64,000 nucleotides of DNA from positions 64,001 to 128,000 of the forward strand of contig CAVVJT010000004.1 in the NCBI GenBank assembly GCA_963748625.1. Reading direction: 5' to 3'. This DNA comes from an uncultured Chloroflexia bacterium (GTDB lineage Bacteria; Chloroflexota; Limnocylindria; Limnocylindrales; CSP1-4). Positions within the stretch are counted from its first letter, which is position 1, and every line of letters starts with the position of its first letter. Both the position numbers and the translations under genes were made by a program. The notes below the pieces were generated by a model. The model was not told where the DNA came from. It did no database searches and saw nothing but the letters and a program-made list of their open reading frames with translations. This document shows positions 39,643-48,826 of this stretch, piece by piece.

Positions 39643-42600
39643 CACTCGTCGCTCGCCCGCAGCACGGCGCTCGTCCGGGCGCCGGGGAGGATGCGCCGGA
39701 GCAGCAGGAAGGTGACGGCGATCAGCCCGATGGCAAGGCCGGCCACCGGGACCAGCGCGCCTGCAGGCACCACCACCACCGGGGCGGGGACAGGCGGCTC
39801 GCCCGATGCCGTGAGCGTGGCGAACGGCAGGGCGAGCCAGGCGAGGACCAGGCCGAGCAGCACCCCCGCACCCAGGCCGATGACGAGCAGGAGCGCGCTC
39901 TCGGCGGTCAGCCATGCCAGCAGCTGGCGCGACGAGACCCCCAGCGCCTTGAGCAGGGCAAGCTCGCCCAGCCGCTCCCCGGTGGCAACCGTCGCGCTCA
40001 CGAGGTAGCCGATCGCCGCGAACAGGAGTGCCGCGACAGATCCCAGCTGCAGGATCCCGATCACACTGAGACCCAGGGAATCCCCGGCGAGATCGGCCTC
40101 GGTGGCGGCGCGGCTGACCACCTCCTGCGCACGGAATGGGGCGCCGCGCACGGTCGCGGCAATCGACGCCTCGGCGCTGTCCGCGGTGGATGTCCACCAC
40201 TCCCCGGTCGGCGCGAGGGAGACGCCGGCGGCGTACCGAGCCAGCTCCACGGCTGCCCCGTCGACCAGCAGGAAGGGTTCGTCAGGCGACAGGGTTGGAA
40301 ATTCGTCAAGCGCGCCCACGATGTGGACATCCACGGGGACGCCCACGACGGACGCGGTGAGCGTGTCACCCACCTTGGCCATGGCGCGCTCCAGGAGCAC
40401 CGGACCCGCGAGGGCAGGGACGGTCGTCCGTTCGGGTGTCTCGATCCCCAGGCGCCACGTGCCCTTGCCCACCAGCCCGGTCGTGCGCACCAGCAGCCGG
40501 CCCGGGTCGGGGGCCGCGTAGGGCGTCGGCACGCCGAAGTCCCGAAACGTCCACGCCGTCAGCGGCGAGCCGATCACGTCGAGCGGCTGCCAGTCGGTGG
40601 CCGCCTCGTCCGTGGCCACGTCCACCGTCGCCGCAAGCGTACCGGCCACCCCGATCGGGTCGCCCGGGTCGGCCCAGGCCCCCGAGATCGAGGTGTTCAC
40701 CTCGAGCTCCAGCGCCAGCACGTCCACGGGCCCCGTGAGGGCGGCCCCGGTGGCGGGGTCGCGGAACGGGATCACGAGCCTGGTCGGCGCCTCGCCGAGC
40801 ACGCCGAAGCCGCTGTCCAGGCGCCAGGTCCTCCCGTCACCGTCCATCACGATGAGCGCCGCTGACAGGCCGCGGTACCCCTCCGGGACCGGAGCGAACC
40901 CGTCGAGCACCTGGAGATCGGGATCCACGGTCACCGCGACCGCCGACACGCCGTCGGGCAGCCGGAGGCCACCGGGCTCCACGCGGGCAGCGGCAAGCAG
41001 GTCCAGCGCCGTCCCGGTCGTCGTCCGCGCGGCGTCGTCGCGGAGCCTGACCACATCGCGGAGCGTCCGCGCATCGACGGCCATCGCGGGTGCGTCCCGG
41101 AGGGCCGCTCCCATGGCCAGCTGCACGCGGTTCACCGGGCTGGCGCCGGTCACCCCGTCGAGGTCGCGCAGCGCAGACCCGAAGGCCCAGCCCGCGACGT
41201 CCGACCCCGAGCCGGACTCGATGCGCACGTCGGACCCGGCCGCGAAGGCCGCCTGGTCCACCTGGGACTGCTCCCACGTGGCTGCATGGGCGGATGCGAA
41301 CGTCCCGAGGGCTGCGGCGAGCACGAGCAGCAGAGCGGCGCGGGTGTACCGGAGCGGCCGGCGGGCGAGCTGGCGGCCGGCGAGCGCGGGCACGAGGCCG
41401 CGCCCTCGGACGAGCACCCGCTCCCCGAGCTCGGCCAGGCGCGGGATGATCCGGACCGCCAGGATCGCGCCGGCGACCAGGCCGATGGCCGGTGCGGCGA
41501 CGAGCAGCGGGTCCACCCCGAGCACCCCACGCCCGTTGCGGGTGAGCGGTGCGCCGTACTGGCGCAGCTGGAGCAGCGCGATCGCCGCGAGCGCCACGAA
41601 CGCGAGATCGAGCCCGAGTCGCTGCGGCAGCGTCCGGCCCACCTGGCGGCTGACCGCGGCACGCACGCCGGCGATGGGCGTGCCGGTGGCCAGCGTCGGC
41701 GCGACCAGCACCAGCACGGCGATCAGGCCGCCCGCCGCCACGACCGCCAGGGTGCCGGCACCGGGAAGCGGTGCCGCGAGCCCGATGTCGGACAGCGCGG
41801 GCTGCAGGCGCACGGCTGCCACCATGAGGGCACCCAGCCACGGGGCAGCGATCACCGCCGGAATCGCGACCAGGAGCGCCTCCGCCAGCGAGAGGCGCAT
41901 GAGATGACGGGTGCCCGCGCCGCGTGCCCGCAGCAGGGCGGTCTCGGTACGCCGCCGGTCCACGAGCAGCGCCGCGACGAGGATGACCGCGTAGCCGCCG
42001 AGGACCGCGAACTGGATGACGAGGAGCCCGATCCCCGCCTGGGCCACAAGGAGCGAGCGGTCCATCGCGGCCAGGACCGCGGGCAGCCTGGTCGCCACCG
42101 ACGCCTGGTTTGAGCCGGGCAGGGCGGCGTTGATGCGGCCCGTGGCCGCGCGCGCCGTGGCAGCCACCGCGTCGAGGTTGTCGCTGCGGAACCCGGCCAC
42201 ATCGGGGATGGCGCGCCACTCCGCGGCGACCGTCGAGGCGAGCCGGCCCGAGCGGAGATCGTCCGGCGCGACCATGAGCGGGCCGAGCGTCCGGAACGAG
42301 CCACCCTGGTCCTCGCCGTCGAGCACCAGGGCGTCCTCAAGCCAGTACGGGTCGTCCGGATCGGGCGTCCACGTGCCGGTGACCACCGCCCGCAGGTCCG
42401 TGCCCGTGACGCGGCCCGTGAGGTCGAGCGTGTCCCCCACCCGCACGCCCAGCGCGGCGGCGGCGCCGTCCGACAGGGTGACCTCCACCGGGTCCGCGCC
42501 CCCGGTGGCCCATCGGCCGTCGGACAGCCCGGCGTGCCGTTCGATCCCCTCGTAGGCGGCGAGCACCACGAGATCCGTCACCGCGTCGGCGGCCACGGCC

Positions 42601-42920
42601 GCGTCGGCGAACGGTGTCGTGACCCCGATGCGCACGAGCTCGCCGCCGGTGAGCGCGAGCGTCTCGGACAGCAGGGGCAGGATGGCCGCGTCCGCTGCCT
42701 CAAGCCGGTCGGTCCGGATCTGCGTCCGGACCACCACCGACCGGTCCGCTGCCGGGGTGGACCGCAGCTCCCGGTGGAGGCCGGCGAGCGTCACGGCCTC
42801 CGTGTACAGGACGCCGGCAGCAAGGAGCCCGAGGGCCGCCGTGAGCAGCGCCCACGAGGCAAGGACCACCGGCCAATCCGCGCGACTGCGCTTCACAGCG
42901 GTCGTCCAGAGACGCATCAC
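39642..42920 (-). CDS. Large FtsX/MacB-like ABC permease (1092 aa)
   Basis: RRRTETALLRARGA and RLGELALLKALGVS motifs; two TM bundles and two large loops. Confidence 0.85.
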   Translation of the reverse strand: MMRLWTTAVKRSRADWPVVLASWALLTAALGLLAAGVLYTEAVTLAGLHRELRSTPAADRSVVVRTQIRTDRLEAADAAILPLLSETLALTGGELVRIGVTTPFADAAVAADAVTDLVVLAAYEGIERHAGLSDGRWATGGADPVEVTLSDGAAAALGVRVGDTLDLTGRVTGTDLRAVVTGTWTPDPDDPYWLEDALVLDGEDQGGSFRTLGPLMVAPDDLRSGRLASTVAAEWRAIPDVAGFRSDNLDAVAATARAATGRINAALPGSNQASVATRLPAVLAAMDRSLLVAQAGIGLLVIQFAVLGGYAVILVAALLVDRRRTETALLRARGAGTRHLMRLSLAEALLVAIPAVIAAPWLGALMVAAVRLQPALSDIGLAAPLPGAGTLAVVAAGGLIAVLVLVAPTLATGTPIAGVRAAVSRQVGRTLPQRLGLDLAFVALAAIALLQLRQYGAPLTRNGRGVLGVDPLLVAAPAIGLVAGAILAVRIIPRLAELGERVLVRGRGLVPALAGRQLARRPLRYTRAALLLVLAAALGTFASAHAATWEQSQVDQAAFAAGSDVRIESGSGSDVAGWAFGSALRDLDGVTGASPVNRVQLAMGAALRDAPAMAVDARTLRDVVRLRDDAARTTTGTALDLLAAARVEPGGLRLPDGVSAVAVTVDPDLQVLDGFAPVPEGYRGLSAALIVMDGDGRTWRLDSGFGVLGEAPTRLVIPFRDPATGAALTGPVDVLALELEVNTSISGAWADPGDPIGVAGTLAATVDVATDEAATDWQPLDVIGSPLTAWTFRDFGVPTPYAAPDPGRLLVRTTGLVGKGTWRLGIETPERTTVPALAGPVLLERAMAKVGDTLTASVVGVPVDVHIVGALDEFPTLSPDEPFLLVDGAAVELARYAAGVSLAPTGEWWTSTADSAEASIAATVRGAPFRAQEVVSRAATEADLAGDSLGLSVIGILQLGSVAALLFAAIGYLVSATVATGERLGELALLKALGVSSRQLLAWLTAESALLLVIGLGAGVLLGLVLAWLALPFATLTASGEPPVPAPVVVVPAGALVPVAGLAIGLIAVTFLLLRRILPGARTSAVLRASDE

Positions 42921-43052
42921 GGGCTGGCCTGACTCCTGGGACAGTGGGCGGGTGGGTGTGCCCGGGCGGCACCGGTGTCATCCGACAATAGCGCGCACCA
43001 GCCCGGAAGGTTCGTGCGGCTACACTCCGCCCGAGCAGGAGGAGCCCCACCC

Positions 43053-43736
43053 ATGACCGTCGCCGCCGTCATCCTGGCCGCCACCCCGCAGTCGGCCCTC
43101 GCCGACGCCGATGGCACGCCCGCCGTCCGCCGGATCGCCGACGCCGCCTGGGCCGGGGGAGCCACGCCGGTGGTGGTGTGCTCGTTCGATCCCGACGGTT
43201 CGGTGGCCGCGGCCCTCGCCAACACCGAGGTCACCCTGGTGGAGCCTGCTCCCGGGGAGGCCGGTCCGGTCGGCCAGATCGTCAACGGCGTCGAGGCGTC
43301 CATGCGCCTGGTGGGCGGCACGGATGCGGCCATCGTGTGGCCTGTGCGCATGGCCTGGGTGGACGCGGAGACCGTGACCTCGCTGATCGCTGCCCACGGC
43401 GAGCGGGCCGGCAATCTGGTCCGCCCTGCCTACGACGGCCGCACAGGCTTCCCGGTCCTGCTGCCCGTCGTGCATCTCGAGGCCTTCCGGGCGCTCGGGG
43501 TGGACCGCATGCCGGGCGAGCTGTTCGAGGAGCTGGTGGCCGCAGGGGTCCCGATCCGGGCCGTGGACACGGGCGATCCGGGGGTCACCCTCGATGTGAC
43601 GACGCCACGGATCGAACTCCCTCCGTATGACGGACCCCCGGAGCCCGCCGACGACCGCGACCGCGAATGGGGCTCCGCACTCGCCGACATCGCCGACGAC
43701 GCCCCCGTTCCCGGCCCGGATCGCCTGGAGCCCTAG
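43053..43736 (+). CDS. Nucleotidyltransferase-fold protein (MocA/MobA-like), divergent
   Basis: VAAVILAA start, GATPVVV, WPVRMAWVD, PAYDGRTGFPVLL, DPGVTLDVTTP; AGGAGGAG RBS. Confidence 0.7.
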   Translation: MTVAAVILAATPQSALADADGTPAVRRIADAAWAGGATPVVVCSFDPDGSVAAALANTEVTLVEPAPGEAGPVGQIVNGVEASMRLVGGTDAAIVWPVRMAWVDAETVTSLIAAHGERAGNLVRPAYDGRTGFPVLLPVVHLEAFRALGVDRMPGELFEELVAAGVPIRAVDTGDPGVTLDVTTPRIELPPYDGPPEPADDRDREWGSALADIADDAPVPGPDRLEP

Positions 43737-43831
43737 GACCCATCCGGCCGGGTACCCTCCGCGAATACGTCACGGCCGCGGTGAGCGGCCACGCCTCACG
43801 CTTGTGAACCGTCACCGGAGTACCCCAGCCA

Positions 43832-44584
43832 GTGCACCGCTCCCGTCGCCGAACCATCGGCGTCTCGATCCTCGTCATCGCCCTCGTCGTCCTCGTCGTC
43901 GGCGTGGCCGGGTTCCTCTGGTACACCCAGCCCCAGCCCCTGCTGCCGGAGGCAGCCGCGTCCCAGGCGTCGACCGACACCGTCACCTACACCGCCGTCG
44001 ACGGTCGCCTCGAGTGGACCCCTGCCGGCGAGACGCCGACGACCGGCCTCGTCGTGTACCCGGGCGCCAAAGTCCCGGCCGCGGGCTATGGGCCGCTCGC
44101 CCAGGACATCGCGGAGGACGGGTACCTCGTGGTGATCATGGAGATGCCGTTCAACTTCGCGATCTTCGGGATCGGCGCGGCGGACCAGGCGATCGCCGCC
44201 CACCCGGAGATCACCTCGTGGGCGATCGGCGGACACTCGCTCGGCGGCGCGATGGCGGCCCAGTACACCGCCGACCACGTCCCGCCCATCGAGGGGCTGG
44301 CCTTGTGGGCGTCGTACCCGGCGACGGACCTCTCGGCCAAGCCGATCTCGGCGGTGTCGATCTACGGCTCGCTCGACGCCGGCAGCGCGAAGATGGCGGC
44401 CGACGAGACGCGGGCGCTGCTTCCCCCGGACACGGTCTTCGTCGAGATCCCCGGCGGCAACCACGAGCAGATGGGCTGGTACACGGGCCAGCCCAACGAT
44501 CCGCCTGCCACGATCGCCCGGGAGGAGCAGCAGCGCATCGTCGCCGAGGCGACGGCCGACATGCTGGAGACGATCTCCCAGTAG
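43832..44584 (+). CDS. Alpha/beta hydrolase with an N-terminal membrane anchor
   Basis: YPGAKV, GGHSLGG nucleophile elbow, GSLD, GGNHEQMGWY. Confidence 0.88.
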   Translation: MHRSRRRTIGVSILVIALVVLVVGVAGFLWYTQPQPLLPEAAASQASTDTVTYTAVDGRLEWTPAGETPTTGLVVYPGAKVPAAGYGPLAQDIAEDGYLVVIMEMPFNFAIFGIGAADQAIAAHPEITSWAIGGHSLGGAMAAQYTADHVPPIEGLALWASYPATDLSAKPISAVSIYGSLDAGSAKMAADETRALLPPDTVFVEIPGGNHEQMGWYTGQPNDPPATIAREEQQRIVAEATADMLETISQ

Positions 44585-44599
44585 CCGCCTCGCCCGGCG

Positions 44600-46468
44600 C
44601 TACTTCTTGTCGGGCAGGCCCACGAACGAGAGGCCCAACTCCGCGTACTGCCCGGCATCCGGCGCGGACGGCGCCTCGAGCATCAGGTCCGACCCCGACT
44701 GGGTCTTGGGGAAGGCCATGACCTCGCGGATGTTCGTCTGGTAGCTGAGCAGCGCGGCCCAGCGGTCCACGCCCAGGGCGATGCCACCGTGGGGCGGTGC
44801 CCCGTATTCGAACGCTTCCAGCATCGCGCCGAACCGCTCACGCATCTGCTCGGGCGTGTAGCCCTGCAGGTTGAAGCTGCGGGCGAGCAGCTTCGGGTCC
44901 CAGATCCGCACCGACCCGCCGCCCAGCTCCCAGCCATTGAGCGCGACGTCGTACTGCATCGCCTTGGCGTGGCCGCAGGGGTCCTCCGGCGACCGGTCGT
45001 CGAGGTTCCCGGACGCCGTCGTGAGCATGACCTCGTCCTCGGGCACGACGCCGCTGAACGGGTTGTGGGTGGCGTCCCAGCGCCGGCCCTCCTCGTCCCA
45101 CTGGTACATCGGGAAGTGGTGCACCCAGCAGTAGGCGAGCTCGTCGGGATCCGCGAGCCCCAGCCGGTTGCCCAGCTCCACCCGCAGGCGCCCCAGCACG
45201 TCGTTGGTGACGTCGTGCGTGTCGGCGACGACCAGGATCAGGTCACCCTCGGCAGCGCCCGCCTGCTGGCGAAGGGCGACCTGCATCTCAGGCGAGAGGA
45301 ACTTGGCGATGGGCCCGTGGAGCTCGCCGACCTCGGTGACCGCCAGGTGGACGAGGCCACGTGCGCCGAACCGCTTCGCCGTCTCGGTGAGCTCGTCGAT
45401 CTCGCGCCGCGTGGTGTGCGCCTGGCCGGCGACCGTGATGCCCTTGACGCGCCCACCCGAGGCAAGCGTCTCGTCGAACACGCGGAATCCGCTGGCGGGC
45501 GTCCCGTCCGGGGCGATCAGCACCGGCCCCAGGTCGAACAGCTCCATCGCGTAGCGGATGTCCGGCTTGTCCGAGCCGAACCGCTCCATCGCGTCCTCGT
45601 ACTCGAAGACCGGGAACGGGATCTGCCGGATCGGGCGGTCGGGCGCCGTGGCCCGGCTGACCTCGATCACCATGTGCTCGATGAAGGCCATGACCGTGGC
45701 CTCGTCCACGAAGCTCATCTCCAGGTCCAGCTGGGTGAACTCCGGCTGGCGGTCGCCGCGCATGTCCTCGTCCCGGAAGCAGCGGGCGATCTGGAAGTAG
45801 CGGTCGATGCCCCCCACCATCAGGAGCTGCTTCATCTGCTGCGGGCTCTGCGGCAGCGCGTAGACCGTGCCCGGCTGGAGGCGCGACGGCACGATGAAGT
45901 CCCGGGCACCCTCGGGGGTCGACTTGATCAGGTTCGGCGTCTCGACCTCGACGAAACCGGCTGCGAAGTGCGTCTCGCGGATCGCCTGGACGAGCTTGGA
46001 ACGCAGGACGAGGCGCCTGGCCATCGCCTCGCGGCGGATGTCGAGATAGCGGTACTTCAACCGCAGGCTCTCGTCGATGGTCGCGTCCGGGTCGTTCACG
46101 TAGAACGGCGGCGTCTTGGCCTCGTTGAGGATCGTGACCTTGGTCGCCTGCAGCTCGATCGAGCCCGTCGCGAGCTTCGCGTTCTCCTGGCCGGGCTGGC
46201 GCAGCGCGACGGTTCCCTCGACCGAGATGACGAACTCGGGACGGACCCGCTCTGCGATGTCGTGCGCCTCGGGGGCGTCGGCGGCATCGATCACCACCTG
46301 GGTGATCCCGTGGCGGTCGCGCAGATCGATGAACACCAGCTTGCCGTAGTCGCGCCGTCGGTGGACCCAGCCCGCCAGCATGGCGTTCTGCCCGGCGTCG
46401 TCCGCGCGGAGGTCCCCGTTGGTGTGGGTGCGGTACGGCGTTGCGAGGCTGAACGGTTCGGCGGGCAC
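44600..46468 (-). CDS. aspS: Aspartate--tRNA ligase
   Basis: GWVHRRRD..FIDLRD, RLKYRYLDIR, STPEGARDF, ALPQSPQ, CFRDED.R.DRQPEFTQLD, GAPPHGG, FPKT. Confidence 0.97.
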   Translation of the reverse strand: MPAEPFSLATPYRTHTNGDLRADDAGQNAMLAGWVHRRRDYGKLVFIDLRDRHGITQVVIDAADAPEAHDIAERVRPEFVISVEGTVALRQPGQENAKLATGSIELQATKVTILNEAKTPPFYVNDPDATIDESLRLKYRYLDIRREAMARRLVLRSKLVQAIRETHFAAGFVEVETPNLIKSTPEGARDFIVPSRLQPGTVYALPQSPQQMKQLLMVGGIDRYFQIARCFRDEDMRGDRQPEFTQLDLEMSFVDEATVMAFIEHMVIEVSRATAPDRPIRQIPFPVFEYEDAMERFGSDKPDIRYAMELFDLGPVLIAPDGTPASGFRVFDETLASGGRVKGITVAGQAHTTRREIDELTETAKRFGARGLVHLAVTEVGELHGPIAKFLSPEMQVALRQQAGAAEGDLILVVADTHDVTNDVLGRLRVELGNRLGLADPDELAYCWVHHFPMYQWDEEGRRWDATHNPFSGVVPEDEVMLTTASGNLDDRSPEDPCGHAKAMQYDVALNGWELGGGSVRIWDPKLLARSFNLQGYTPEQMRERFGAMLEAFEYGAPPHGGIALGVDRWAALLSYQTNIREVMAFPKTQSGSDLMLEAPSAPDAGQYAELGLSFVGLPDKK

Positions 46469-46564
46469 GTTGGGGGGCTCTCCGGCTGCGGCGTGGCGGG
46501 TCCCCATCGTACGGCACGGGCCCGTCCGGCCGCCGGAATCAGCGACCCGCCACACGTCGCCGGG

Positions 46565-46858
46565 CTATGCGCTCGCGGCAGCCTCGCCATCGACGACGGG
46601 GCAGAGCCCGTCGTCCACGTCGATCGCGACCAGCCGGAAGGCCATGGGCTCCGCGACCTCGCGGATCGCCAGCTCAGCCGCGTCCGCGAGCGTCCCCCGG
46701 GCGTGCTCCTCGAAGTGGAACGCCAAGGCCTCCCGCGACACGCCGCAGGCCTCCCCGGCCTCGATCTCCACCAGGCGCACCCGGACAGCGCCCGCCTCCT
46801 CCGCCCTCGCCAGCACGGCCTCGAGGATTCGGTCGGCGACGCCGGCCTCGTGCATCAC
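46565..46858 (-). CDS. hypA: HypA/HybF-like nickel metallochaperone, short form without the Zn finger
   Basis: MHE N-terminus, VEIEAGE..V..EALAFHF..ARGTLADAAEL; last gene of the hydrogenase operon. Confidence 0.8.
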   Translation of the reverse strand: MMHEAGVADRILEAVLARAEEAGAVRVRLVEIEAGEACGVSREALAFHFEEHARGTLADAAELAIREVAEPMAFRLVAIDVDDGLCPVVDGEAAASA

Positions 46859-47358
46859 GCCCTCCCGGCAACCAGCCGCTCAACGAGCCGGACCGCCCCC
46901 GGCACCGCCGCATCGACGGCCGGCGTCAGCAGCTCGCCGAACGTGTCCACGCGAGCCGCCTCCACCGAGACCACATCGACCCTCGCCGGCAGGACGGCGC
47001 CAAGCCGGCGGCCCGCCTCGAGGGCGACCCCTAGCGGAACGTCGTGCGCGGAGTCGAGGTGGCTCGTCTCCCGTCCCGGCACCTCGTCCAGCGTCCGGAC
47101 ACGGAGGGTGCCCGGGGGATCACCCGACCCGTGGAACGCATCGACCAGGATCGCCCGGTCGTAGCCGACGAGCCGCTCCATCAGCGACAGCCCGCCGACG
47201 GCGACGCAGTCCACCTCTACGGGTATGGCGCCGGCAGGCGTGACGTCCAGCCGCTCGCCGACGGCCACCGCCACCCGCCAGCCGACGCCGTCGTCGCCCA
47301 GGATCGGGTTCCCGATCCCGAGGACCAGCACCCGCTCAGCAGTGCTGGCGCCGGACAT
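46855..47358 (-). CDS. Hydrogenase maturation endopeptidase
   Basis: LVLGIGNPILGDDGVG, ILVDA, SAHD. Confidence 0.92.
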   Translation of the reverse strand: MSGASTAERVLVLGIGNPILGDDGVGWRVAVAVGERLDVTPAGAIPVEVDCVAVGGLSLMERLVGYDRAILVDAFHGSGDPPGTLRVRTLDEVPGRETSHLDSAHDVPLGVALEAGRRLGAVLPARVDVVSVEAARVDTFGELLTPAVDAAVPGAVRLVERLVAGRA

Positions 47359-48826
47359 CGATCACGTCTCCCGCCGCGTCCCGGATGACGACTTCGAGCG
47401 GCATCTGCCCCGGCAGCGAGTGGGTCGCGCAGCCGAAGCACGGGTCGTAGGCGCGGAATGCCATCTCGATCCTGTTGAGCAGCCCCTCCCCTACCACCTC
47501 GCCCCCGTGGATCAGGGCGCGTGCGGCCCGGTCGACCGACATCGCGATCGGGGCGTGGTTGTTGGTGGTGCCCACAACGAGGTTGACCTTGGTGAGCAGG
47601 CCGCGCTCGTCGGTCCAGTAGTGGTGCGTCAGGGTCCCGCGCGGAGCCTCGACCGTGCCGACACCCTCGGTGGGCACCCGGGTAGGCAGCACGCGCACAT
47701 TGGGGCTGGTGATGTCGGGGTCGGTCACGAGCTCGACCATCCGCTCGGCGGCGAACAGCAGCTCGATGAGGCGCGCCCAGTGGGTGGCCATGCGCCCGTG
47801 GACCTGCGGCCTGCCGCCGGCGGGCGCCGGCCCGGGGGCGAGGGTCGCGAAGTACCGGTCGCGCGCCTCCTGGGCGAGCGGCGTGGCCATCCCGTCGGCG
47901 ACGTTGAGGCGTGCGAGCGGCGTCGCCGAGTAGACCCCCGAGGCCGGTCCGTCGGTGAACCCCGCCCATCCAACCTTGCGCAGGTACGGGAACTTGAGGT
48001 AGGTCCAGGGCTCGACGCGCTCGGCGATCCAGTCCCTGTACTCGGCCGGCTCGTACTCGCCGTGGAGGCTCCCGTCGGGCGCCGTGACACGGACCCGGCC
48101 GTCGTAGAAGGTCACCTTGCCCGCGGCGTCCACGAGGCCCATCGAATAGGTCTCATGGCGGTAGGTGGGACCGGTGATCATGTCCACGTACGCAGGGTTG
48201 CCAAGGATGAGGCTGTCGAACAGCCCGAGGCTGAACCGCCCGAACTCCACCATGAGCCGCGCGGTCTCCTCGATCTCGCGCCGCTCCTCCTCGGTGATCC
48301 CCTTCGTCATCCCGCCCGGGACGCTGGTGCAGGGGTGGATCGCGCGGCCGCCGATGATCTCCACGACGCGATGACAGCGGCGGCGTGCCTCGATCACCCG
48401 ACCCCCGGCGTCGCCGCCGACCCGCGCGAGGACCCCGAGCAGGGATCGCTCGGCGACCGGGGCGTCCGGACCCACCACGAAGTCGGGGCCCGACAGCGCG
48501 TAGAAGTGGGTCGTGTGGTCGGCAACGTAGAAGGCGGAATACAGGAGCTCGCGCAGCAGCCGTGCCGGGCGAGGCGGGACGACGCCGTACACGGCGTCCG
48601 CGGCTTTCGCGGCCGCCATGTGGTGCGCCTCCGGACAGACGCCGCAGATCCGGTTGACCAGCGTCGGCATGTCCTCCACCGGGCGCCCGAGGCAGAACTG
48701 CTCGAAGCCGCGGAGCTCCGGCACCTGGAACCAGGTCCGCTCCACCTCGCCCCGGTCGTCGAGCTGGATCTCGATCTTGCCGTGGCCCTCCAGGCGGGTG
48801 ATCGGATCGATCGTGAGGCGCGTCAT
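47336..48826 (-). CDS. mvhA: [NiFe]-hydrogenase large subunit, group 3c (MvhA-like)
   Basis: IDPITRLEGHG, ELRGFE, L1 RICGVC, EAPRGTLTHHY, L2 RAYDPCFGCATH followed by a cleavable tail. Confidence 0.9.
   Translation of the reverse strand: MTRLTIDPITRLEGHGKIEIQLDDRGEVERTWFQVPELRGFEQFCLGRPVEDMPTLVNRICGVCPEAHHMAAAKAADAVYGVVPPRPARLLRELLYSAFYVADHTTHFYALSGPDFVVGPDAPVAERSLLGVLARVGGDAGGRVIEARRRCHRVVEIIGGRAIHPCTSVPGGMTKGITEEERREIEETARLMVEFGRFSLGLFDSLILGNPAYVDMITGPTYRHETYSMGLVDAAGKVTFYDGRVRVTAPDGSLHGEYEPAEYRDWIAERVEPWTYLKFPYLRKVGWAGFTDGPASGVYSATPLARLNVADGMATPLAQEARDRYFATLAPGPAPAGGRPQVHGRMATHWARLIELLFAAERMVELVTDPDITSPNVRVLPTRVPTEGVGTVEAPRGTLTHHYWTDERGLLTKVNLVVGTTNNHAPIAMSVDRAARALIHGGEVVGEGLLNRIEMAFRAYDPCFGCATHSLPGQMPLEVVIRDAAGDVIDVRRQHC

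Noticed and set aside
35917-40008. Very long plus-strand ORFs (1363 aa here; also 59180-62935, 25061-27595, 44789-47164, 22764-24998, 6517-8472)
   Set aside because: They are antisense shadows of well-supported minus-strand genes, have no recognisable motifs, and are expected in very GC-rich DNA.
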